Below, piece by piece: positions 1 through 11,363 of a stretch of DNA of 61,132 nucleotides. The notes under the pieces were generated by a model that worked only from the letters and a program-made list of their open reading frames with translations, was not told the origin of the DNA and made no database searches. Every line of letters starts with the position of its first letter. The stretch's first letter is position 1. The translations under genes and the position numbers were made by a program. The DNA lies in assembly GCA_038087875.1 (NCBI GenBank), contig JAXLNO010000193.1:62001-123132 (forward strand), read 5' to 3'. The DNA is from Malacoraja senta. Lineage: Eukaryota.

Positions 1-100
1 GTCAAAATAACCGAGGAAATCCTGGAGATAGTGGACGTCCTTTGCCTTGAACTTAAAGTCTTCCAGTAGGACCTTCCTCACAAAGTAGCCCAATGGTTTA
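1..100 (-). mobile_element. Remnant of Tx1/L1-clade ORF1 (ZCCHC3-like N-terminus), cut by the window edge
   Basis: Reverse strand reads KPLGYFVRKVLLEDFKFKAKDVHYLQDFLGYFD, resembling the FVKKVLL..F...DI.CLQDF..GYFD motif of fish/shark Tx1 ORF1 proteins (recalled). Confidence 0.45.
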
Positions 101-224
101 TGAGGTTTCCATCACTCGGGTTCTTCATTGTCCTTCAGTCACATTTGTCGAAAATGTGAGAAAAGGGGAGATGCTCCCTCCCTGAGCTATTGCTTTTGTG
201 GTCTTGTCCACAAACATATACATT

Positions 225-2485
225 TAATAACTAGGGGGCTGTTTGGGAGAGGGTAGTAGGAGCGATCAAAAATAAAAGAGGGAATTTATGTTTAGAGTCA
301 GAAACATGTACTAAATTTGTCCTTTGGATCATTATTTAATGAATTTGGATTTGGAAGATCGTGAGATCAGTGTGGGTATGCTAATATTCTAGGACATGTT
401 GAGATCAGAAGGAGGTGGTGTTGGGTATATGAAGAAAGCTTAAGGTGGATAAGTCCTCTGGTTCTGATGGGATCTCTCCCAAATTATTGAGAGACATGAG
501 AGAAGATTGCTGGGGCCTTGATGGAGAGCTTTGCATCCTCTCTAGCCACAGGCAAGGTCCCAGAGTGCTGGGGAGTAGCCAATGTTGTTCCTCTGTTTGA
601 AAAGAATAATAGGGATAATCCAGGAAATTATATGCCACTGAATTTTACATCAATTGTAGGGAACCTATTGGAAAGGATTCTTAGGGATATGGATTTTCTT
701 GTATTTGCAAAAGCATGGGTATATTAGAGATAATCAGCATGGGTTTGTGCTGGGCAGGTCTTCATGTCTTACAAGCTTGATTTGAGTATTTTGAGGGTGG
801 GGCAGTGGATATTGTCCACATATACTTCTATAATATATTTGCCTTCATGGTAAACTGATCCAGAAGATTAAGATGCATGGGATCTATGGTGATTTTATAG
901 ATTTAATTCAAAATTGGCTTGGTCATAAAAGACAGAAGGAAATGGTGGAAGGGTGTTTTACTGAGTGAAGATCTGAGACCAGTGGTGTTCCATGTGGATC
1001 TGTACTTGGACCTTTATTTGTGATACATATAAATGACTTCGACAAAAATGTAGATGGGCGGATTAATGAAATTGTTGACAAGCTGAAAATTGTAAAATTG
1101 TGGCTAGTGAAGAAGTTTGTCAAAGGATACAATGGGATATGGATCAGTTGCAGATATCGGTGGAGAAATAGCAGATGGAGTTTAATCTGGACAAAATGTG
1201 AGATGTTGCATTTTGGGGGGTCAAATGTGAAGGGAAATTTTGCAGTTAATAGCAGGACATTTGCTATACAGAGAGATTTTATGGAATACGTCCCTAGTTC
1301 CCTGAAAGCATTGTATCTAAGAATCAGGAAATCATACTGCAGTTCTATAATTGATTAAGCCTCATTCAGATTATTGTGTGCAGTTCTGGTTGACCCATTA
1401 CAGGAAGGATGTGGAGGGTTTGAAGAGGTCGCAGAAGAGGCTTACTAGCATACTGTTTGGATTAGAGAATATTAGCTATACGGAGAGGTTGGACGAACTT
1501 GATTGTTTTTTTTCTGAAATGTTAAAGGTTGAGGCTAGACCTTATAGAAATGTATGAAAATATGAGAGACATAGATAGGGTAGATAATCAGTCTTTTTCT
1601 GGGGGGGGGGGGGTGGAATTAAATACAAGAGGCATCGATTTAAGGTGAGAAGGGGAAATTTTAAATGAGATGTTTGAGGCAAGCATTTTTTTTACATGGA
1701 AAGTGGTGGGTGCCTGGAACAGGCAGATTGAGGAGGCGGTAGCAGCAGACTGAACTGTGACATCTGAGGCATTTAGATCAACCTGTGAATATACAGGGAA
1801 TGGTGGGTTCTAGATCATATGAAGGCAGATAGGATTAAGGGGCTGTCACACTGCGGCGACCTAATTGGCGAGTTTAGAAGAGTTTGCCCTCGACTCATAC
1901 TCGCAGCATGGTCGACACGAGGTCCTAGGAGGTCTTTGTAACTCTCCTTCATGCTCGAGAGTAGTCCCCGCGTACTCGAGGCCTCAGCTAGGTCGCGGCA
2001 TATTTTTCAACATGCTGAAAAATGCCCGCGAGTAAAAAAAGGTCGCCATGGAAAAAATCAATATTTGTTTTACTCGTAGGTTTAGTCGAAGTAGGGTGTA
2101 GTATGTTCACATGTTATTCCTAGGTAATCGAGGGTAGTCGAAGATAATCAAAGGTAGTCAAAGGTAGTCGTAGATAGTCTTCAACATCGTCAAAGGGAGG
2201 TCGAAGGAGATCGAAGGTGGTCGTCTTCACTTTCCACCATTCGGTGTCCAATTTTCCCGAAGCTAGACGAAGCTAATCTTCAACATAGTCGAAGGAGGTC
2301 GAAGGAGGTCTTCTACATAGTGAAAGGAGGTCTTCAACATGACACTTTTTCAAACTCTCCTAAACTCTTCTAAACTCGCCAATTAGGTCGCCGCAGTGGG
2401 ACAGCCCCTTTAGTTTAGTTTGACATAATGGTTGGCATGGACACAGTGGCTAAAGGGTCTGTTCCTGCACTGCTCTGTGTCCTAA
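225..2485 (+). mobile_element. Degenerate CR1 LINE (ORF2 RT and 3' UTR), interrupted by a MITE at 1838-2409
   Basis: Frameshifted RT peptides: VPECWGVANVVPLFEK..NPGNYMPLNFTSIVGNLLE, YCVQFW..YRKDV..L. The CR1 3' end resumes after the MITE. Confidence 0.85.
1838..2409. mobile_element. Non-autonomous PIF/Harbinger-type MITE
   Basis: About 45-bp TIRs AGGGGCTGTC(A/C)CACTGCGGCGACCTAATTGGCGAGTTTAGAAGAGTTT, TTA TSD on both sides (1835-1837, 2410-2412), internal GTCGAAGG repeats. Confidence 0.85.
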
Positions 2486-4641
2486 TCTCAGAAGTGCTGT
2501 GCAGACCATACACTAAGAGCTGGAGCATGGGACTGGAATAAGTGCAAGGCATTGAAGTAGCATTTATTGGTGTCTGCATAATTTAACCTGAAGAACAACA
2601 CTGCATAAAGACTATAGCATTCAAGCCAAAATGGCATATTTGGACTTAGATTAAACACTCAATTACAGCTTTGTGGTTCTATTAAGGAAAACCCGATTTC
2701 CTAGGCAAGTAGCCTTCTGATTCTGATCGAAATCATTTTACATGACTTGTGAATATAGAGTGCATAATGTAAACATATATTTTGTAAGTTACCTCAAAGG
2801 GGAACAAATATTGTAAAGGTTTTTGTTGCAGTCAGAACATAGCTAGTTACTAATCTGTACACACCAACAGCCAACGTAACTGCTTTCAGATGATACCATT
2901 ATGCCAAAAAACTCAATTACTAGCTGTACTTACAGTATATACACAGACACTCATGTACTGTGATTAAATAAGTAAAATTCCTTTTTTATCAAATGGTATT
3001 CCAGGATTGTTACCGATGTTTCAGCAAATGCATTATTTTGTTCCTTTTTAACTGGTAGAGAGGGACTTTGCTCATTCATTATATTCTATAATAGAATGAT
3101 GGAAATAACATTGTCTCAATACAATATTTCTTTAGCTGCATTTTCTGTTCTGCAGTCCTTTGTTTAATTAAGGCATTCTGACAGATCAACAATCTTATCT
3201 CACACTAGATATACAATTTAATGTAAGTGTATCATCTAGTGAACATGTCAAAGTGAGATGAAAGCATTCGGTTGGATAATTACACTCATTAGCCGTGTAA
3301 GCCTACCTAAAAGATCAACACTTCACCATAGTGTTTATTTCTGAACACTGTATGACCTCTCTGCTGCACACAGATTGTTGACCCTCTAATTTTCCATCTG
3401 TATTTATGAAATGAAATTTAATATAACGTTTCAAAGCAAGGACCTGAAATCTTGTCTCACTTCGCTACCTGCATTTTATCACAGTGTTTTAAGCTTGTGC
3501 TGGATAGAGTTTGGTCAGAATTCTTTCGTGTTTGATAAATGTTGATTGTAATAAAAGACAGCTTTTGCAATTGCTCATTACTCATGGCAATGTTTGCATT
3601 CGAGGTAAGGTATGATATACGTCAACGGCAACAGGGCCACCTCTTCTACAACTTTAACCATATCCTCAGCTCAAACAAAGCAAAATGGCTGTTTCATCAT
3701 CTGTCTTTTAGCTTCAAAGCAGAAACTGCTTTAGAACTAAGATAATTCTTTGTTACCGATTTGCATTTGCCATTTTCAAATTGTTATAAAAATGTTAAAG
3801 GTGCCATTTAGAGAAAATTTGCAACTAGTTATATTTGTGTCAAGATGCCCATGCTTGGATATTTCAAATGGACCTCATTTTCTCAGTTATAAGATGCAGC
3901 ATTTCTGTGAAACATGTTAAGCTTGTTGACTCATGAAGCGCAGACTTGAAGCTATTGAATTCAAAGCATTCTCTGATTATTATATCTCTCTCCCCTGAAC
4001 AAGGAGTAATTTGGCATACTCAAAACTTTGAATTGTTCCATTGAGTTACATTTATAATTCTAAAGTAGCCTTGATGAATCCTTTTGTAGTAGCCCGGGGT
4101 CTAAATTAACTGTTTTAACACAGTTAAAACTAATTAGACTTCTTTATAGTTTGGAAATTAAACATAGCAACAGCCTTCTGGAATACAGATACAGTCTTGA
4201 AGCACCACTTGGTAATTAGAGTAAAGTATCATTCATCCAGAAGTGCCACCTACATCTCCCATCTCCTCGGTAATGGCAAGATTTTCTGCCATCATCTGAC
4301 TCACAAATGATAGGAAAATATCTTTAGTCCCATAATGATCAGTACAGAATAATTAGATAGACAATTAACATTTTGCAGAAGAAACAAGTGTGCAATCAAG
4401 ATATGTGTTGTCTCTAGTGGTGCAGTCGTAAAGTTTCAATTTTGAGGCCAATGTCATGGAAAAACAATGCCAAGAGAATTGAAAAAGATATTAAACCATG
4501 CAGATACAACTCAGCAATAAACTTATTTACATTTCCTTTTCTATATGTTAAATAATGGAGCAAGGAACTCTGGCCTACATGAGTTAAATCAGGCACACTT
4601 TTGACTGCTCTCATTGATTTTAATATGAGAGTTGCATGTTA

Positions 4642-5172
4642 AGGGCCCGTCCCACTTGGGCGACCTAATCCGCGAGTTCTGGCGAGTTTGCCCTCGACTC
4701 ATACTCGCAGCATGGTCGACACAAAGTCGTAGGAGGTCTTCGTAACTCTCTTTCATGCTCGAGAGTGGTCTCCGCATACTTGAGGCCTCAGCTAGGTCGT
4801 GGCGTTTTTTTCAATATGTTAAAAAATGCCCGCGAGTAAAAAAAAGTCGCCAGGGTAAAAATCGATACTTTTTTACTTGTAGGTTTAGTCGTAGTAGGTC
4901 GGCATGTTAGTCGTAGGTAATCAAGGGTAGTCGAAGGTAGTCGAGGGTAGTCGTAGATAGTCTTAATCATGGTCGAAGGGAGGTCGAAGGAGGTCATCTT
5001 CACTCTCCACTATTCGGTGTCCAATTTTCCTGAAGTTAGTCATAGCTCGTCGAAGCTAGTCTTCAACATAGTCGAAGGAGGTCTTCTACATAGTCGAAGG
5101 AGGTCTTCAACATGTCATTTATTCAAACTCTTCTAAATTCGCCGATTAGGTCGCGCAAGTGGGACAGCCCCA
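4642..5172. mobile_element. Harbinger-type MITE, same family as 1838-2409
   Basis: TIR AGGGCCCGTCCCACTT...AAGTGGGACAGCCCCA, flanked by TTA. Internal sequence aligns by eye with 1838-2409. Confidence 0.85.
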
Positions 5173-7029
5173 TTAGCCTCATGGAGATCGTGATTGTAGC
5201 ATTTTGTGTCAATTTCTCAGTTCCTGTGGCTGCCTCTGTGTTTCCATCTATTTGTGAAATACATTTCTGCACTGATCATTCCTTTTTGAATGATAGAGCA
5301 TACAAATTGCAAATTTTAGGTTTTGCTCCTCTGCTTGCATTAGTTATTTAGACTTATTTTTTAAAATGTCTGCATAGAGCTTCTATATCATTGTGGCAGT
5401 CTCAATGTACTCTCCCTAAAGGTAGATTGCTTTGCTCTGCTTGACAATGGCACAGTGCAGCCAATTTTAGATACATTTATATTGCAGATACTGGTCTCGG
5501 AGTGATTGCTGCAGTGTGATGTAGGCCCTGTTTATGTTGTCTGGCTCATGGCTAGACTTATGTTTGGTCAAGCTGTTGTCCCACATTCAGAAACTTAAAT
5601 ATTTAAAGTATCAGGGAGGGAACCCTTGTTCTTTAAAGATTTAAATTAAGGTCAAGTATGTGGCAAATGGTTTTGACCTTGCATTAGATAGAGACTTCAT
5701 CCAGAGCTTAGCAGAGTATAAATGAAGTGCACACATGATGCTGTGTAACTGTTTGAAGGATTATACTGCATAACTGTGAAACTGATAGGCATTTTTAAAC
5801 TTCCATTTACCCTAGGTTGAATGTAGCTTTATGAAGTTATTACTGGGTATTAATCTAAAACGTTCCATGCTATGGAAGTAATACATTTGAAAAATGGCAG
5901 TTATGCTGAGCTCGAGGAACCATACAGGGAATCTATTGAAAATGTCATCTAAAGTCGGTGATTCCAATGGAATAGGTAGTAGAATCCCTTGGAGGATATC
6001 ACTTTTCACTTAAAATGACATCTTAATTTATCAGATTAACAGGGGTAACCAAAATGAACCCTCTGTTTAAGGCAATAGGTTTCTTACTAGAAAAAGACTA
6101 TTTTTGTATAAACAAGTATATGTTTTATGCAGTTGGAGGATTAGGTTACTGCACAACCAGTTTATAGTTTATCAGCTGTCCATAGTTCATTTATTCAAAT
6201 TAATTTATTCAAACTAACTAATAACACCATGAGATTTCAGTGCGTTCAGTGTGAAATTAACATTGGTTAGGGACACAGATGAGGTCTGAATAAGTACATA
6301 ATTTTTCAACTATTGATTGTTTTGCAAAGCATTCATCAGTTCTGTATTCAACTTCATCTTTTCAAGAATTGTTTTGCTCTTAAAAGTGCATCATTGTTTA
6401 ATTATTATTTAAAGTGGCCCTTTGGTGCTTGGGTTGTGGTTTTAACTTCCTGAGAGCAATTCCTGGCAGGTCAGCCAGAGGCCTATTTAACTCAGGAATG
6501 TGCGTCTTAAGCAAGATTGCATTCCCAACTGCAAGCGTGCACTTTGGTGTGGTGGAGGACAGAGCTGATTCAGGATGAGTCATAGACAAGTCCTCAGTTT
6601 CCAGAGGCCTTGCCAGGGGTGCTGGTGTAAGAGGTCAGGGGCAGGAGGGAAGTTTATTCCATCCGGTGACACCATGATCACAAAACAATACATCTACAAG
6701 CTAGGCAATGGTCAGTGAGATTATCATTCCCAGGATGTATCTCTCTGGGAACTGAAATTAAGGTAACAAATATTTCTGTAACCTGGACACAATAGCAAAT
6801 TTGAGTTTTTCCATCTTGGCTAACAACAACTGGCAACAGTTCTTTTTCCACTCTCCTGATTTTAAGCAACACTCTCCTTTTCTTCCCATCCTCCACATCA
6901 GCATATCACAATGCCTCTAAAAATCTTTGCAAAGATATACTAACCTCATCCTTTCTCCCTTCAGAATGGTCACAGTCTCCTTTCACTCACAGCTCCGTTC
7001 TCACTCCACAGTCTTACCATCCTATAAAC

Positions 7030-7590
7030 CATGGGCGGAAATCCCGGGGGGGGGGGGGGGGACATGATGATTCAGCGCGATGATTAGAGGAGGGAGGTGT
7101 TGGTCAGAAGCGGAAATAGGTGGGTAGGACTGAGGATAGTGCGCAGTGATTGGAGGAGGAGACATCCTGGTGGAGCAAAGATCATAGAGCAGAGCTTGAA
7201 TCGGCCTGTTCGCGGGGTCTTTCATCGCCCGGCACGGCTTAAAACTGGCTGTGGAATCTTTCATCGCCCTGCGGTCAAATTGTTGCATCGAGGCGATCGA
7301 GGCTCCCGATGTTGAAGCCCACACAGGGTGATGGAAGATCCCGCGGCCAGTTTTAAACCGCACTGGGCGATAAAAGGCACCTCGAACAGGCCGATTCAAG
7401 CCCCACGATTCGGGGCGGCCGAAGCTGCTGTTGCTGGAGTTCGGAGTCGATCACCAACCAGGTCAGCTCCCGATGTTATCGTCCACAGGGCCCACGGCCG
7501 AACCTCCGAAGTCTCACGTGTGTGCGCATGCGCGCGGCCACCAAGGAATTGTGTCCCCCCCCCATGGTTTGATAGCGATTTCCGCCCCTG
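7030..7590. mobile_element. Non-autonomous DNA transposon, probably hAT, with an internal long hairpin
   Basis: TIRs CATGGGCGGAAATC / GATTTCCGCCCCTG, subterminal poly-G/poly-C, degenerate 8-bp flanks CTATAAAC/CTTTTATC, internal inverted repeat 7195-7401. Confidence 0.6.
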
Positions 7591-9210
7591 CTTTTATCTC
7601 AGTTTTCTTACTCGGTGCATGTACAAGCCAAGCTTCACACATCTGCAGAAATTGCACTGAATTTTATGCCTGTGATTTTGTGACTCATTGCAGTTGAAAC
7701 ATTTTAAAATCTAACTGCATTGAAGTCCCAGCATTGGAGAAATCAAAGGTTATGGCTCCTTAACTTTCGAAAAAAGAGTAATTACACATTTTAAAGAAAA
7801 ACATTTACGTAAACAAATCAATCAGATGTGTTAAAAAAAAAATTGTTGGGATTCCATCTGGAAGGCCATTAGTGATAGGAAATTGTTAAAAGCACAAGAA
7901 TGTAGTCAATCCACAGGGAGTAATATAGAAGACAAATTCAGTGTGAATTAAGACCATGGGTAACATTATACAAGAGTCTACGTAGTCAGCAATGAATGAA
8001 TGCAAAGATTATGGCAACATAGAAAAAGAGGCCAGAGGAAGGTCTCTGAAACAAACGGAAGCAATGTCTCCTTCCAGGATTATGAGTAGGAAATGTGCAC
8101 TCAAGATGACTAAATATTGAAACACAAAAAAAAATCACATTTTCAAATCTCTGATCAAATCAACTAATCAGAACATAACACCATGAACTCACTGAGCGTG
8201 AATGAGATTAGTAATAAGAAACTGACTGGAAAAATGATGTGATTATGAAATGATTTTCAGTATAAACAAAAGACATGCATATAAAGAAAAGATTTTCTAG
8301 CATACAAACCCCAACATCATTATTTCCCAAAATTTAGACTGCTGAGAATTCAAAAATACAGCCAAATCTACTATCAGGTTTGACCACATCATTTCCTTCT
8401 GTGTTTTACACATTTTGCCTCCCTGATGCTACTTGATCCACTGAGTCCTTTCCGAATTTTGTTTTTGTTCAATGGATCTCTTGATCTCTTGACTAGTGCA
8501 AAAGATTTGTCTAAGATTGATAGCTGTCTATTAGGCTGAAAGTGATGCATGATGTGGAGCATGGAAAGCAGGAGAATTCACAGAGGGAGGAGAAACCTAA
8601 GTGAAAAGTCGAGCATAGAAGAGTTGATTCAAAGAATTGAGAAGAATCTATACATAATTAACACTCTGATCTTGTGCTCTTCTGGTTTACGGGGTTTTTC
8701 TATTTACGCGAAAACGGTAAGCAATAGCGCTACGATTTTTGCCAGATTACTTACCGTTCTCCTGTGCTGCGAGTGCAACAAGTTTCTTTCCGATCGGTGG
8801 TATATTGTAAAAGTTATTGAGGTTTAAAAATCTTAAAAAACGCACGAGCGCAGATTCCATCAGTTAGCGCCACGCAGACTGGTCTCTTCTCCTGTCAGTC
8901 AATGCCACGGCTGGGATGGCGATGCCCCTTCCTGCACCACCGGCGGCGGCCTGTCCCGCCTCACTCACAAACTCCTCTCTCCCCTCCTCACAGTAACTTG
9001 TCTATCGTCTCCCCCACCACCGGCAGCGGACGCAGAGGGGGTTCAGTGGAAGCCCGGTGGACGCCCAGTGGAGGCCCAGTGAAGGCCCTGGTACCGGCTC
9101 TCTCTCCCTCATCACTCACCCCTCTCCCCCGCCCACCCTCTGCGGCAATGGCCGTCCTGTCTACTCGTCCCCCCCCGGGACTGCCTCCCCCGCCGCCGCC
9201 GTTGCAGTAG

Positions 9211-9273
9211 CTCACCCTCACGGCCTAGCTCATCAAAACTCGTGGTGCCTACCATGACGAACACCGACTCCAT
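9211..9273 (-). pseudogene. ALG13: Fragment of ALG13 exon 1 with adjacent splice donor, embedded in the Helitron-like element
   Basis: MESVFVMVGTTSFDEL matches the ALG13 N-terminus MKCVFVTVGTTSFDDL (recalled). It is followed by GCCGTGAGG|GTGAGC and CpG-rich intron-like sequence. Confidence 0.7.
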
Positions 9274-9380
9274 CCCCCCCCCCTGGCGGCGGCAGTGAGC
9301 AGGCAGGCAGGTAGGCGGGTTTTGTTCAACTGCGAACATACCACCAATATTTATGTCTAAGTCATTTATATACAGACACT

Positions 9381-9558
9381 AGTTCTCCTCCTCCCTCTGA
9401 AAAAATCCTCAAGGTATGCCTACTTTGAAGAAGTTCTCCTCCTCCCTCCGAAAAAAAGCCTATTTCCTTCACTCCATAGATGCTGCCGTACCCGCTGAGT
9501 TTCTCCAGCAATTTTGTCTACCTTCGATTTTCCAGCATCTGCAGTTCCTTCTTGAACA
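9381..9558 (+). mobile_element. Short Penelope-like terminal-repeat element
   Basis: GATGCTGCC..CCCGCTGAGTTTCTCCAGCA..CCAGCATCTGCAGTTCC tail shared with the Penelope 3' end at 57950-58010. 14-bp TSD TATATACAGACACT (9367-9380, 9559-9572). Partial tandem repeat at 9381/9432. Confidence 0.75.
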
Positions 9559-9843
9559 TATATACAGACACTCCCTGCCTTATGCAATATGCGACTTACA
9601 TAAACAATTCTGTACTCAGTCCTTAGTGCAATCAAGGCAGTTTGTAATGAACACAACATTGTACGATCAGTCGTTCATATCTGTAGTTCCTTATGACAAA
9701 GCGATTGCAAGACAGGGGGTGGAAAGAAGCTGGTAATGGCAGTGGTGCATATCCAGAAGGCTGCACGTTGCAGAAAGTGTCCCAACTTAGTTGTAGCTGG
9801 ACGCCACTGAGACCGTGAGCTTTAACCCAGCAGTAATAACTCG

Positions 9844-10208
9844 CTGTCTCATTAAGAGGGAAAGGTGGGAAGGGGTTGGGGAAAGGTGGTGCAAAGCAGC
9901 ACCATAACTGCCTTTGTGACAACATCCAAGGCATCACCAAACCTGCTATGCATCGTTAGGCTCGCCAAGGTGGCGTCAAATGTATTTCAGACTTATCTAC
10001 AAGAAAATGCACAGAGTTGTAGCGGTTTTCCTTGAGAATGTTAACAGGAATTCAGTAAACTACACCAAACATGCAGAACATAAGACAGTACATGCTGTGG
10101 ATGTGGTGTATGCACTGAGATGCCAGGGGTGCAGCATGAATGGGTTCTGGGGCAAAAATATAAATGTGAGAAGTGATTAGAGAACCAACGATTCTTTCAT
10201 GAACCACC
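9844..10208 (+). pseudogene. Histone H4 pseudogene with decayed 3' stem-loop
   Basis: [98 protein letters not shown] aligns along H4, with a stop and a frameshift. Stem-loop remnant CAACGATTCTTTCATGAACCACC at about 10187-10208. Confidence 0.93.
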
Positions 10209-10529
10209 ACATACTGTAATTCTGAAAGGTCAATAACTTGGTTCTACTGCTTTGAATGGCAAAAAAACTATGCTGAAGAGGTGGTGTGTCAGTTGAAAGA
10301 CAATGCTATATATCAGTACAGCTCAAAGATTGAGGGAGAGGGCCCAGAACATTTCTGATTCTGCATAAGAAAATTTGCACGTGTACAGTATTACCAACAC
10401 ATAAAATATGACTTCAGTAAGAGTTTATGGAACATAACCATTATGTGAGTTGGGGAGTGCCTGCATATCACAAACAACAGAGGTCCAAGCACAGATCTCT
10501 GCAGAATCTAATGGTCACTGCGAAACTCC

Positions 10530-11305
10530 CTGACAAAGGAGATAATGCTCGACATCAGGAAGCGAAATTTGCATTGGCCGTGCCGAAGTAGAGATGGTTG
10601 AAAACTTCAAATTCCTAGGAGTAAATATCACCAGCAACTTGGCCTGGACCACCCATGTTGAAGCAACGGCCAAGAAAGCACACCAACGCCTCTACTTCCT
10701 TCGAAGGCTTGGGAAGTTCGGCATGTCCCCAACAACTCTCACAAACTTCTACAGATGCGCCTTAGAAAACATTTTATCAGGATGTATCACAGCTTGGTTT
10801 GGCAACAGCTCCACCCGAGACTGCAAGAAATTGCAGAGAATTGGGGATGCAGCCCAGACCATTACACAAACCAACCTCCCTTCCATTGAATCCATTTATA
10901 CCTCATGCCACCTCGGCAAGGCCACCAGCATAATTAAGGACGAGTCGCACCCTGGCCACTCCCTCTTCTCTCCTCTCCCATCGGGAAAAAGTTATTGAAG
11001 TGTGAAGACGCACACCTCCAGATTAAGGGACAGTTTCTTCCCAGCTGTTATCATGCAACTGAACCATCCTACCGCAACTAGAGAGCAGCCCTGAACCACT
11101 ATCTACCTCATTGGTGACTTTTGGACTATCTTTGATTGAACTTTACTAGCTTTATCTTGCCCTAAACATTATTCCCTTACCATGTATCTGTACACTGTGA
11201 ATAGCTCGATTGTAATCATGTATTGTCTTTCCGCTGATTGGTTAGCATGCAACAAAAGCTTTTCACTGTACCTCGGTACACATGACAATAAACTATCCTA
11301 AACTA
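10530..11305 (+). mobile_element. Rex1/Babar LINE 3' fragment
   Basis: ORF 10594-10998: [50 protein letters not shown]. 3' end ATGACAATAAA plus short tandem tail. Confidence 0.9.
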
Positions 11306-11363
11306 ATTCAAAATAACACCATGGAAATGGCCATGTTTAGGCCATACCTTAGCTTGACCTTTT

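Larger units (their letters stand above)
8647..9686 (+). mobile_element. Probable non-autonomous Helitron-like element carrying captured GC-rich host DNA
   Basis: Starts A|TCTATACATAATTAAC (Helitron-like 5' TC). Candidate 3' end is a hairpin (ATGAAC...GTTCAT) followed by GTAG|T. No TSD or TIR seen. The 3' boundary is uncertain. Confidence 0.5.

Noticed and set aside
2080..2340. Regularly spaced GTCGAAGG repeats as a CRISPR-like array
   Set aside because: Eukaryotic DNA. Short irregular repeats inside a TIR-bounded MITE with no unique spacers.
9379..9383. CTAG|T as the Helitron 3' end
   Set aside because: It is formed by the junction of the TSD TATATACAGACACT with the inserted Penelope element, so it is an artefact.
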